Assembly (NCBI GenBank): GCA_963804165.1
Contig: CAWDPO010000035.1
Coordinates: forward strand, 190,120 to 254,119
Source: an uncultured delta proteobacterium
GTDB lineage: Bacteria > Desulfobacterota > Binatia > UBA9968
DNA: 64,000 nucleotides
Direction of reading: 5' to 3'
The notes beneath the pieces were generated by a model. It was not told where the DNA came from, ran no database searches, and worked only from the letters and a program-made list of their open reading frames with translations. Shown one piece after another: positions 20,599 through 31,426 of this stretch (within the stretch, counting starts at the first letter, position 1; each line of letters begins with the position of its first letter). The position numbers and the translations under genes were made by a program.

Positions 20599-21666
20599 CT
20601 ACCGCGCCGGCAGCGGGCCTGCGCCGGATAACGTCTTTAGCAGTCCTAACGTCTCCGTATCGCGCGGAATATCGGCTACCACCTTTCTCAATTCCGCCGG
20701 GCCCAGTGGCGAAGCCTCATCGGCAACCAATTTTTTGAAGTAGGGAGGAAACTCCGGGTCCTTGAAGATCTTGAGTATTGCGGTTTCCAGAGTTTTCACT
20801 CTTTCCATCGGCGTTCCCGGAGGCAGGACATAGGGCGAACCCACGCCACGGAAGGCGCGCCATATAGCAAGAAGCCTTTTCTCCCTTTCGTTTTTCGCGA
20901 AGCTTCCTATCTCCGGAAGGTGTCCAAGGCGCGGATGCTTATCTCCCAGGGGAGTTTCCATGATCGCGTGAAAATTCATCAGACCTTTGTTCAACCAGTC
21001 CGGATTACGTCGCAGCGCCGAAGTCGCGTTGTTCGCGCGAGCGTCGAGCTCGCCGGCCATCAGGGCCGTGTCTACCTCGGGCGCGCTGTAGCCGACGACG
21101 AACTTGGGATCTTTCATGTCCAGAAAGTAAGCAAACAATCGACCTGCGACGTAGGACACATGACCGACCGTTTGCCCGCCGATGCGAATACCGGAGGCCG
21201 CCCGGAGCTTTTCCAAGCTGTCCAGCCCAACCTCCCGTCTCGAGTAAATGATCGCGTGATTCTCATGTTCCGGCGTGCCGAGATAGATGAATTTATCAGG
21301 GTCGTAAGAAACCCCTTTCTCGCCCATGATGGCGAGTCCGACGATGGCGCCACTGGCTGCCCCGATGGTAAGCCCGTCGGGCCTGACCGAGTTGAAGAGG
21401 TAATTGGCACCTTTACGGCCGCCTCCGCCGTCCATGTATTGAATGACGACGGTGGGGTTTCCCGGAATATGTTTTTTCAGGAATGGCATCATGGCCTTCA
21501 CGCGCAGGTCGCCGGTTCCGCCTGGCGCCGTGGTAGCGACAAGCGTTATCGTTTTACCGCTGTAAAAATTCTCCTCAGCGTAAGAAATATTCGGCAGCAG
21601 ACCGATCGCCGCCGCGTATAGCAACGCAGTTTGGATCCGGAATTTCAGTGTGCGTCTATTCACCAT
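20599..21666 (-). CDS. TctC/Bug family substrate-binding protein
   Basis: RBS AAAGGAGG before MVNRR; FYSGKTI, YMDGGGGRKGAN, PDGLTI. Confidence 0.92.
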   Translation of the reverse strand: MVNRRTLKFRIQTALLYAAAIGLLPNISYAEENFYSGKTITLVATTAPGGTGDLRVKAMMPFLKKHIPGNPTVVIQYMDGGGGRKGANYLFNSVRPDGLTIGAASGAIVGLAIMGEKGVSYDPDKFIYLGTPEHENHAIIYSRREVGLDSLEKLRAASGIRIGGQTVGHVSYVAGRLFAYFLDMKDPKFVVGYSAPEVDTALMAGELDARANNATSALRRNPDWLNKGLMNFHAIMETPLGDKHPRLGHLPEIGSFAKNEREKRLLAIWRAFRGVGSPYVLPPGTPMERVKTLETAILKIFKDPEFPPYFKKLVADEASPLGPAELRKVVADIPRDTETLGLLKTLSGAGPLPAR

Positions 21667-21690
21667 TATGGGCCTCCTTTCACGCGCCAT

Positions 21691-21738
21691 CGAACAGAAC
21701 GCTTGGAACGCTTTGAACGGCTGCGACGACTTGAACTG
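21691..21738. repeat. Periodic (T)TGAAC nonamer-like repeats (intergenic)
   Basis: gaacgcttg gaacgcttt gaacggctg cgacgactt gaac. Confidence 0.55.
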
Positions 21739-21743
21739 CGTTT

Positions 21744-22805
21744 TCATCGCGGCGGCAGCGGTCCCGGACCGGCCAGCTTGTTGAAAAGCGCAATCGTCTC
21801 CGTATCCCGAGGCAATTCCCGAATCGCTTTTTGATTTTCATCCGGGAAAAGCGGCGAAGGATCGTCACCGACAAGTTTTTTGTACTCATTGGGAAAACTC
21901 GGATCGTTGAAAGTCCTGGTGATCGCCTGTTTGAGTATCTCGATGCGCTCCACCGGTGTTCCGGGTGGGGCGAAAAAGGGCGACCCCGTAAGCCGTAAGG
22001 TGCGGAACAGCGTAAGCACTTTACGCTGCTTCTCCGAACGGGCAAAGGTTTCCAGATCGGGCAGATGACCATATTGCGGATGCTTTAGCCCCTTGGGAAC
22101 TTCCAACATCATGTGAAGGTCGATCTTGTGGTTCTTTACCCAATCAATGTTGCGCGTAAGATGATCGTCGGCGGTGCCGATGGCGTCGATCTCCCCGGAC
22201 ATAAACGCTGCATCGCGCTCTGGAGTCGAGTACCCCGTGACGAAGTTGGGGTCTTTCAGCGGCGTCAACCAAGCGAAAACTCGTCCGATGTTGTAAATCG
22301 TATGCCCCACGGATTGCGCGCCGATGCGCACGCCCGAGGCGGACCTGAGTTTTTCCAGATTCGTCAAACCCGCCTCTCTGCGGGTCAAAAACACGTAATG
22401 AGTAGAACTATAGGGCGAGCCGAGAAAGATCATCTTATCGAGATCATAGTTAACGCCCTTTTCTCCGAGCACGGCGCTTGCCACCATACCGCCGCCAGTG
22501 TTTCCGAGGGTCAACCCGTCGGGTTTGGCCGACTCGAAAACAGAGTTCGCTGCTTTTCTCCCGCCGCCTCCCGGCATGTATTCCTGAACGATGGTGGGAT
22601 TTCCCGGAATGTATTTTTGCAGGAATGGCACTGCCGCCTTGACTCTTAGATCTCCCGAACCTCCGGGGTTTCGTCCCTGCACGATTCTTATGGTCTTGCC
22701 TCGATAGAAGTCAGCTTGGCAATACGCATGGGTGGGTATGACGGCGCTTAGCGCGCCAAGCAAAAGGATTGCTTTCGTCCACAATCTCATTTCACAGTTT
22801 TTCAT
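21744..22805 (-). CDS. TctC/Bug family substrate-binding protein
   Basis: FYRGKTI, EYMPGGGGRKAAN, KPDGLT, GPGPLPPR. Confidence 0.92.
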   Translation of the reverse strand: MKNCEMRLWTKAILLLGALSAVIPTHAYCQADFYRGKTIRIVQGRNPGGSGDLRVKAAVPFLQKYIPGNPTIVQEYMPGGGGRKAANSVFESAKPDGLTLGNTGGGMVASAVLGEKGVNYDLDKMIFLGSPYSSTHYVFLTRREAGLTNLEKLRSASGVRIGAQSVGHTIYNIGRVFAWLTPLKDPNFVTGYSTPERDAAFMSGEIDAIGTADDHLTRNIDWVKNHKIDLHMMLEVPKGLKHPQYGHLPDLETFARSEKQRKVLTLFRTLRLTGSPFFAPPGTPVERIEILKQAITRTFNDPSFPNEYKKLVGDDPSPLFPDENQKAIRELPRDTETIALFNKLAGPGPLPPR

Positions 22806-22901
22806 AATTTCTCTCCGGCGATTTGGCGCATGACGGTATCCGCACGATCGCTCGAACCGATTTGAACGTTTTAAGCGACTGGAACGATTTGACCTGCGTC
22901 G

Positions 22902-23976
22902 CTATCGTGCGGGCAGCGGTCCCGCGGCGTTCAATTTTTTAAAAAGCGCTACGGTTTCGGTATCGCGCGGCAGCTCCTTTAGAGCTTTTTCCATTTCGTC
23001 CGGCATGAGGGGCGTCGCCTCATCGCCGGTGAATTTTTTGTATTCAGCGGGAAACTCCGGATCCTTAAACGTTTTGACCATGGCGATTTTTAGAATTTCA
23101 ACCTGCTCTTTCGGAGTTCCCGGCGGCAAGATGGACGGCGTACCGAATTGCCGGAAAACGCGCACCATGTGCAAAAGCTTCCGCTCTCGCTCCGACTTTG
23201 CGAAGCTCTCGATTTCAGGCAAGTTCGAAAAATGATGGTGTTTCAGGCCCTTCGGAACTTCCATGATGACATGCGGGACAACCGCACCGGTCTTTAGCAG
23301 TTCCACGTTTCGCGTCAGCGTGGTGTCCGCGTTATTGATCCGGGCGTCAATTTCGCCGCTGCGCCAATGCGGCATCAAGCTCGGTTCCCGAATAACCAAC
23401 CACGAAGCTGGGATCGTTAATCCCGATCAGGTACGCAAACATTCGACCGACGAAGTAAATGGAATGACCGACGGCTTGCGCGCCGATTCTCAGCTTGGAA
23501 GCCGAGCGGAGATCATCGATGGTTTTCACGCCCGTTTCCCGCCGGGTGAGAAACACCCAGTGATAGGTGCTGTGGGGCGAGCCCAGATAGATAAATTTAT
23601 CGAGGTCGTACAAGACCCCCTTTTCGCCGAGAATGGCGTTAGCGACCAGCCCTCCGCCAATGCGTCCGATCGTCAGTCCGTCGGGCTTGACGTTCTTGAA
23701 GACATGATTGGCGGCCTTGGTCCCGCCCCCGCCAGGCATGTATTCGGACACGATCGTCGGATTTCCCGGAATATGCTTCTGCAAGAACGGCATCATCGAG
23801 CGGGTTAGCATGTCCGAAGATCCTCCGGGCGCCGTGCCCTGAATGATCGTTAAGGTTTTACCTTGATAGTATGGGGTCTGTGACCGAGCCAGCCGAGGGC
23901 AAAGAATACAAAGGACCAGCAGAGCAACCTGCAGAAACCCAAGTGAGAGTTTAGAGGGATTGATTTTCTTTGCCAT
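22902..23976 (-). CDS. TctC/Bug family substrate-binding protein (frameshifted near 23350-23400)
   Basis: ORFs 23347-24033 and 22902-23399 join into one full-length TctC. Confidence 0.85.
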
Positions 23977-24129
23977 CGCAGATCTCCTTACAGAGCAAAC
24001 TGACGCCACCGCGGTTGGAGCGGTTTTTCGCAAGAGATGGAGGGTGTATAACCCATAAAAATTATTTGATGTCGTTACTCTTTCGACAAGTGCGCCTCAC
24101 GCTGATTTTGTTCCGTACTTAGTTCAACA

Positions 24130-25161
24130 CTATTTGAGAATTTCCTTCAGCTTGGCCACCAGCGTCGGCTCGAGATCGAAAATCTCTTTGACGTTTCGCT
24201 CCAGTCCCGCGCCGTCATCGGGATTGAGATCCAACTTCGCCTTCTTGGCGTCAGCCAGGAACTCCGGGTCCTTCATGGTATCCATGTAAGCCTTGCGCAG
24301 GATCTGGACTCGCTCTTTGGGGGTACCCGGCGGAAGAAAATAAGGACGGGTCGAAGGCCCATGGACCCGAACGACCGCTTGAAAAAGTTTTCGCGCTTCC
24401 TCAGTCTTCAGAAAATCAAATGCGACGGGAATATTCGGCAGCTCCGGATGCCCTTTGACGGTCGCCTGGAGAACCATCACGACGTCTCCTGAGTCCACCT
24501 GCTTGCGCCAAGTTGACTTGAACGACTCCCAGGCATTACAAACCCCGTCCACTTCCCCGCTGTCAAAGGCCAGCCGAACCGGCCCCGTGCCCTTATAGCC
24601 GGTAACGACCTTGATGGGGAGACCTAATGTGGCTGCGAGGACTTTGGGAACATCATCAGTCGCACCCCCTGGGGCCACGCCGCCGAGCTTGACGGGTTTT
24701 TTTGAAGCCATCCAGTTCTCGAAGCTCGTAATCCCCGTCGCTTTAGACAACCCGATCAAAAAATGGTCCTGAGTCGGAACGCCGACGTACTCAAATTTGC
24801 GGCCGTCGAATTCGATCGCTGGACTATCGAGGAGCTGCTGCAAGAACAGACCGCCCAGAATATGGCCTATGGTGAGCCCGTCAGGCTTGGCCGCTTTGTA
24901 CATATAATTCCCTGCAATCACGCTTCCGGCGCCGGTCATGTTGTCAACCACGATCGTCGGATTACCGGGAATGTGCTTTCCCATCTGGCGGGCGATCACC
25001 CGCGAATAAAGATCGTAGCCGCCGCCTGGTGCGAGCCCCACGATAAGGCGGATCGTTTTACCCTTATAAAAAGGTTCTTGGGCGCGGACCGAAACTGCCC
25101 ATGTTGTAAAGCCAACCAGAGCGCCAATCGCTAGCAGCGGAATTATTCTTCCTGTACGCAT
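24130..25161 (-). CDS. TctC/Bug family substrate-binding protein
   Basis: FYKGKTI, GGGYD, DNMTGAGS, KPDGLT. Confidence 0.92.
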   Translation of the reverse strand: MRTGRIIPLLAIGALVGFTTWAVSVRAQEPFYKGKTIRLIVGLAPGGGYDLYSRVIARQMGKHIPGNPTIVVDNMTGAGSVIAGNYMYKAAKPDGLTIGHILGGLFLQQLLDSPAIEFDGRKFEYVGVPTQDHFLIGLSKATGITSFENWMASKKPVKLGGVAPGGATDDVPKVLAATLGLPIKVVTGYKGTGPVRLAFDSGEVDGVCNAWESFKSTWRKQVDSGDVVMVLQATVKGHPELPNIPVAFDFLKTEEARKLFQAVVRVHGPSTRPYFLPPGTPKERVQILRKAYMDTMKDPEFLADAKKAKLDLNPDDGAGLERNVKEIFDLEPTLVAKLKEILK

Positions 25162-25216
25162 ATTTCTTCTTTTCGCTTAACGTGCCAACTAATAGGACCC
25201 GAAAGTTTTTGCGCGT

Positions 25217-26245
25217 TTACTTTCCCAGCAGCTTCTTCATCCGTTCGATGACCGCTGGTGGCTGGGACATAACCTCTTTGATGAGGTCGTCCATTTCCTC
25301 GCCGCTGGTTGGATGTATCTCTAGTTTTCTATGTTTGGCGTCGGCCAAAAACGCGGGGTCTTTCATTGTTTTCATGTAGGCCTCGCGGAGAATTTTCACG
25401 TGCTCCGGCCGCATACCTGGAGGACCGTAGTGAGGTCGGAAAAATTCCTCGGAAGCCAGCATCACTCTCACTAATCGCCGTCCCGATTCCGGCGTGTTGT
25501 ACTTTTCCATGACTTCATGGATCGTTGGCACATCGGGCAACTTTTCGTCCCTTGTTTTTCCACCTTGGACCAGTACCCGCACGAACCCTTTCTTGCGCCA
25601 TGTATGAAAAGGCTCGCGCGAGAAGTAAGCCTCTATGCTGAAAGCGCGGCACACCACCTCACCTCTCTCCACCGCCAGGTCGATAGAAGAGCCACCCTTG
25701 TAGCCGAGTACGACGTTGAACTTTGCCCCGATCGTTTCCTCCAGCAGTTTGGGTACGACGTAAGCGGAATTAGAGATGCCCGTGGAACCGCATTTGGGAG
25801 GCTCCTTCGCGTTACGAACATCGTCGATGGTCTTGAAGGGGCTGTCGGCCCGCATATAAAGCATCGAGGGTGACTTGCCCGCGTTGCCGATCCAGCTGAA
25901 CTTTGCCCAGTCGTACTTTACCTCCGGCTGTCCAACTAGTTGATCAATGTAGAGGGTCGCGAGGGTTCCGGCTAGAGTCAAACCGTCCGGCTTGGCAATG
26001 TTGTAGACATAATTGGCCGCGATCATGTGGCCTGCCCCCGGCATGTTCTGAACAATAACGTCGGGATTTCCTGGGATGTGCTTTACCATATGCTGACCGA
26101 CGGCCCGCGCATAAAGATCAAACAGCTCCCCTGGCTGCGATCCTGTGATGAACGTGATGGTCTTGCCCTGATAGTAAGGAGCCTGGGCCTGGACGGCAGG
26201 GCTCCCGATTAGAAGAAGAGAGATAGCTAATATGATTATTTTCAT
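25217..26245 (-). CDS. TctC/Bug family substrate-binding protein
   Basis: YYQGKTI, VQNMPGAG, PPKCG, GEVVCR. Confidence 0.92.
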   Translation of the reverse strand: MKIIILAISLLLIGSPAVQAQAPYYQGKTITFITGSQPGELFDLYARAVGQHMVKHIPGNPDVIVQNMPGAGHMIAANYVYNIAKPDGLTLAGTLATLYIDQLVGQPEVKYDWAKFSWIGNAGKSPSMLYMRADSPFKTIDDVRNAKEPPKCGSTGISNSAYVVPKLLEETIGAKFNVVLGYKGGSSIDLAVERGEVVCRAFSIEAYFSREPFHTWRKKGFVRVLVQGGKTRDEKLPDVPTIHEVMEKYNTPESGRRLVRVMLASEEFFRPHYGPPGMRPEHVKILREAYMKTMKDPAFLADAKHRKLEIHPTSGEEMDDLIKEVMSQPPAVIERMKKLLGK

Positions 26246-26299
26246 TTTGGCCTCCGTGGTAGCTGGAGAATCATGAACCCACTTCTTCCGCTCACTTCC

Positions 26300-26365
26300 A
26301 TTTTATTTTCCACGACTTTTTTGACCCTCTCGATGACCTCTGGCGGCTGAACCATAATTTCAGCC
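26300..26365 (-). pseudogene. C-terminal remnant of a TctC gene
   Basis: Manually read AEIMVQPPEVIERVKKVV matches the C-terminal helix of the paralogues. Confidence 0.55.
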
Positions 26366-26457
26366 GAGTTCTTGCAAAACTGTTCGCAAAAGGTCAGCTC
26401 GTTATGCTTCTCCGTATTCGGTAAGGCCCGGTGACTTCCTTCGCGAGTTTTTCAAGC

Positions 26458-26931
26458 TCATCGCTCGTGAGAAGGAATTGCGAGCACAGGACAGGAAGCG
26501 CTTCGAAGAACCTTTTCCGTCACACTGCCCAATAGCATTCGGGAAAGACCGCTCCGACCATGGGTGGACATCACAATGAGATCAACTGCTTTATCTCTTG
26601 CCCAGTTGACGATCAGGGTGTGCGGGTCTCCTATCTCGACAATCGGCTGAACGTTTACATCCGCCTCTGCACTAGGCAACTGCTGCTCCGTAAACTTCTG
26701 CAGCAACAGCTTATGATGTTCCGCAAGCTTGCCTAATAAGTCATCTGCCTCGGCTCCGGAAGAAGTTATCTTCAAACTGGTTGCGTGAGACATAAACTCG
26801 CTGGTGCTCACCGCGTGGGCCACAATCACTTCAGCGCCCACGGCCTTGGCCAAATTACATGCATAGCGGACTCCGCTTGCTGAGAAGGAAGACAAATCAG
26901 TCGGCGCAAGAATCTTCTTTATCAAGTCCAT
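26458..26931 (-). CDS. Universal stress protein (UspA family)
   Basis: KKILAPTDLS, DLIVMSTHGRSG, LLGSVTEKVLR..CPVL. Confidence 0.94.
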   Translation of the reverse strand: MDLIKKILAPTDLSSFSASGVRYACNLAKAVGAEVIVAHAVSTSEFMSHATSLKITSSGAEADDLLGKLAEHHKLLLQKFTEQQLPSAEADVNVQPIVEIGDPHTLIVNWARDKAVDLIVMSTHGRSGLSRMLLGSVTEKVLRSASCPVLAIPSHER

Positions 26932-27085
26932 ACATACCTCCTGTGTCTTAGAACCTAATCATAGCAGCGCCCTCTCGCGAAGGACGCGCTACACTATCGC
27001 CCTGCGGAAAGTCCTAAGAAATCTTTTTTGCATTTCATGCGGACCTCGCTTTTGGCTTCCGTGCGACACGTGATGACTCCAAATC

Positions 27086-28121
27086 TCACTTGCCCAGCAG
27101 TTTCTTCATCCTCGCGACGATGTCCGGCGGCTGGCTGATGACTTCCTTGGCGAGCCTATCGAGTTCCTCGGCCGTGCTCGGTTCTACGTCGAGTTTGCTT
27201 GCTTTGGCATCCGCTAACAGCGCTTCATCTTTAAGTGTCTTCACGAACGCTTCGCGGATAATTTTCACTTTATCGGCGGGTGTACCGGGTGGCAGGACAT
27301 AGGGGCGGCCGAATTCGCCGCCGGCCAAAACTAGATCTGCCAGGCGCCGCCCCATGTCATCTGTCTTGTACTTGTCCATAAGCTCAGGGATGGTTGGCAC
27401 GTCCTTGAGACGCTCGTCCCGTTTCTTTCCCGTTTGGATCAGGACTCTCACAAATTTTTTCTTGACCCAGGTAAAAAACGGCTCGCGGGCAAAAAACGCT
27501 TCAATGGTAAAAGCGCGGCAGATCACTTCGCCTCTTTCCACCGCCAGATCGATATCCGTGCCGGTTTTGTAACCTAAGACAATTTCGAAATTCGTCCCGA
27601 TGTTTTGATCCAGCAATTTGGGAATGTAGTAAGCGGTCGAGGACGTTCCGGTTGCGCCGCACTTGGGTGGAGGAGAGGCTCTCACGACGTCTTCAATCGA
27701 CTTATAGGGGGAATCGGCGCGCATGTAGAGAAGCTGGTCTGATTTGGCCGGACTGCCGAGCCAGATGAACTTGCCCCAATCGAATTTTACCTCTGAGCGT
27801 CCAATGATCTGGTCGAAGTAGAGAGCCGGGAAAATCGCGCCGATGGTCAATCCGTCGGGCTTTGTCACGTTAGTAAGATGATTTGCCGCGATCATCGATG
27901 CCGCGCCGGGCATGTTTTGGACAATGATGTCCGGGTTGCCCGGGATGTGCTTGCCCATATGGCGGGCGAACAGCCGGGCAAAGATATCGTAAACGTTGCC
28001 CGCCCCAGTGCCGGCGAGAATGGTTATGGTCTTTCCTTTGTAAAATGGTTCCTGGGCTTGCCCGTGGGAGACATACAAAGCCGTGAGAACTGCTACTGCA
28101 GAGAGTGATACGTTTGTTCAT
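27086..28121 (-). CDS. TctC/Bug family substrate-binding protein (frameshift in signal peptide)
   Basis: GGAGG then MNKRITL; FYKGKTI, PPKCG, GEVICR. Confidence 0.88.
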
Positions 28122-28214
28122 GATGAGCCTCCAAAGGTGATTGCTGGCTGGCTTCTGCGCCAATTTTTTAGAACTTTTTTCACCGTTCACTCACGGACAC
28201 ACAAGCGTGAGCAA

Positions 28215-29244
28215 TTAGCGCGATCCAAAAATCTCCCGAAACAGCTTGACCGTCTCGGTGAAATTTTCATGCTTGTCCGGTCGTTCCACGAACCACTGAT
28301 GGCCTTGGAACACAGGCTTCGACCGTGGTTCCATGTCTCTGCGAACCGGAATCTGCTGAACGCCGGCTAGACCGCTCTGGCCCTCTTTGGACAGAATAAA
28401 ATCAACAAAAAGCCGCGCTGCATTGGGACTTCGAGACTGAGCGGACAACATGACGGCGTCGATCTGGGCGACAACGGGTCCGAGAAAGTGTCCAGTCGAT
28501 CGGCGAGCCGTAGTTTTTTCTTGTATCCGTGAATCACCGGAGCGCGCGCGATCACCATTGAAACATTGCCGATGTGCAGGGAATCCACCGCCGTAATGCT
28601 CGCGCGAGCCATGACTGGTTGCTGATCGGCAAGTCGTTTTAGGTAGGCAACCGCTTTGTCTCGCCCCAAGTTGCTGTGAGCCCCCGCAATAATCCGTGAG
28701 CGGTGCTATCGATGGCGATTCGATTGCCTTTCCAGCGCGGATCAAGCAGGTCGTCATAGCTATTTGGGAATCTCTTCTTCTTTAACTGAGGTTGTGTTGT
28801 AACCGAGCACGTAGAGGGTTGATGTAGTAGCCGGACCAATAACCCTCGCTGTGCATTCAAAGCATCGCTGATGGCTTGCCCGCTGGGGCGAATGGTACGA
28901 GGCGATGCAAGTTTGCTTCCGATAAGGGCTGAAATAAGCCACCACCGCCCAGCAGGACATCCCAGGTAGACATGCCGGCTGCGAGCCTCGATTTGAACTT
29001 TTTTGACCAGCGTTTCGGCTTCGAGCGGGTGAAGCTCAAGGTCCAAGAACGGATATTTCTGAACGAAGTCGTGAACGACTTTGTATGTTCTGCGGCAAAT
29101 CCATCGTGATGTAGAAAACCAATTTTCTGTTCTTTCTTCGCGCCTTCGACTCAACTGCGGTGTCCGAGCGCGGACCGAGGCCGCGCAAACACCGGCTGCC
29201 AGAGAGCTGGCGGCCACCAATAAGGCGAGAAGCAAACTTTTCGT
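28215..29244 (-). CDS. ABC-type extracellular solute-binding protein (Fe3+/thiamine-like), several frameshifts
   Basis: FVQKYPFL, VLGYNT, SYDDLLDPRWKG, PNAARLFVDFILSKEGQ spread over frames. Confidence 0.75.
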
Positions 29245-29371
29245 AGGCTCGCTCCCTTTTACGTTACGACAGCAAAATGCCCGATTCTTGGATGTACGCG
29301 TTATATCGCTCGCTCGTCTGAACCTCTTCGAGTTGCCAATGGCTGATAAGCATCGATCGATGACCGCAGAG

Positions 29372-30402
29372 CTATTTTCCCATGAGTTTTTTCACCCGTT
29401 CGATGACCTCCGGTGGTTGGGTCATCACTTCTTTTGCCAACTTTTCAAGCTCTTCTCCGGTGGAGGGTTCCGCCTCTAGACCCCGTTTTTTGACGTCGGC
29501 CAAAAAGGCGGGATCAGCCATCAGTTTCATAAAGGCTTCACGTAAAATTTTGAGCCGTTCGGCGGGTATCCCGGGAGGCAACAGGTAGGGACGGCCGAGT
29601 TCTCCGGAAGCGAGAACCACGTTAGCTAAGCGGCGCCCCGTCTCTTCGGTCTTAAACTCATCCATCAGCTCGTTGAGGGTCGGGACTTGCGGTAGCCGCT
29701 CATCCCGTTTTTTCCCGGTTTGAATCAACACATGAGCGAATCCTTTGGCTCTGCCAGGTCCGATAGGGCTCGCCGCTGAACCAAGCCGCGTGGGTAAACG
29801 CGCGGCACTGAGCCTCGTTTTTCTCCACCGCCAGATCCATTTCCGGTCCGCCCGGATAACCTAAAATGATTTCAAATTTCGTTCCGATCGTTTCATTTAA
29901 AAGTTTTGGCATGTAGTGGCCGACGGTGCCGGTTCCCGTGGCGGTGCACTTGGGTGGCTGCGCGGCGCGCCGTACGTCATGGATCGTTTTAAACGGCGTA
30001 TCGGAGCGCATATACATGAGATTATCTGAGCGGTCCACGCTGCCGATCCAATTGAATTTAGCGTAGTCGAACTGGACCTCTTTGCGTCCGGCGAGTTGAT
30101 TGAAATAAATCGCCGGGATGATCGACGTGATCGTCAGACCGTCGGGCTTTGGCCACGTTGTAGAGATGGTTTGCCGCGATCAAAGAGCCGGCCCCCGGCA
30201 TATTTTGCACGATGACGTCTGGATTTCCTGGAATGTGCTTGCCCCAATGTTGGGCTATGAGGCGCGCATGAGCATCATACTGGCTTCCCGCGGTGGTCCC
30301 TGCTACGAGCGTAATCGTTTTGCCCTGATAGAAAGGCGTCTGGGCGTAAAGGATGGAGTTCCACACCAGTAAAAACAAAAGGCCAAAGAGAATTTTTTTC
30401 AT
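29372..30402 (-). CDS. TctC/Bug family substrate-binding protein (frameshifted)
   Basis: Three consecutive ORF pieces rebuild a full TctC. Confidence 0.85.
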
Positions 30403-30487
30403 AGAACTCTCCATTGCCAACGCGTTGCACCTTCGGATCGAAATTTCTATGACATTTCGATCTCCGCGCGGATGTCAGGTCTCTCGC

Positions 30488-31344
30488 CTAATTCTGCAGA
30501 AATGTTTTCATGCGCTGGATCACTTCCAGCGGCTGAACAAGCTCTTTTACCAACCCCTCGAGTTCATCTCCGCTGATCGGACTTGGCTCCAGCCCTTTCT
30601 TTAGGGCTTCCGCCAAAACATCGGGATCATTCAACATCCTCATAAACGCGGCGCGAAGAATTTTGATTCGGTCTGTGGGAATTCCCGGGGGACCAAACAA
30701 GGGGCGCCCCAGATCGTCAGGAGCTAGAAGCACTTTAGCCAACCCCCTGGTCCGTCACTGATTTTGTGTTTATCCATGAGCTCTCGGATCGTCGGAGCAT
30801 CAGGCAGTTGCGGATGGCGCTTTTGTCCGCCTTGTGTGAGCACGCGAACGAATCCTGTCTTGGCCCAGGTGCGGCCGGGCTCACTGCCAAAGAAGGCCTG
30901 AACGGTACCACCCCAGCAGTGCATTTCGCCTTTCTCAATGGCTAGATTGACATCGGCTGCGCCCGGGTAACCGGATACAATATTCAACTTAAACCCAAAG
31001 GTGTCAGCGAGAAGCTTGGGCCAATAATAACTCGCAGTGCCGACCCCTGTTGCGCCGCACTTGGGTGGCTCTGCCGCCTTGCGCATATCCTCGATCATCT
31101 TGTAAGCGCTGTCGGCGCGAATATAGAAGATTCGCTCCGTTCTCTCCGGCGAGCCGACATAAGAATACTTGGGCCAGTCAAACTGCACCTCTTTTCGTCC
31201 CATAAGCTGTTCGATATAAAGCGCGGGAGTGACTAACCCGAAGGTCAAACCATCCGGCTTGGCGACGTTGTAAACGTAATTGGCCGCTGATCCATGACCG
31301 CCGCCTGTCCGATTTTCTGACGCAACGAGGATGAGCGTTCCCAT
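30488..31344 (-). pseudogene. TctC/Bug family protein lacking its N-terminus (plus a frameshift)
   Basis: Homology starts at GGG..AANYVYNVAKPDGLT; no signal peptide or FYxGKT segment upstream. Confidence 0.7.
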
Positions 31345-31426
31345 GCTTACACAATGATTCGTGTCAACGCTCTGAAGAATTTTAACCGCTAAGTAATCGG
31401 TCGGTGGCAGTCATAAAAGCGAAAAC

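Noticed and set aside
20547-22892. TTGAAC repeats as a CRISPR array
   Set aside because: Units are 7-9 nt and degenerate, with no spacers and no cas genes.
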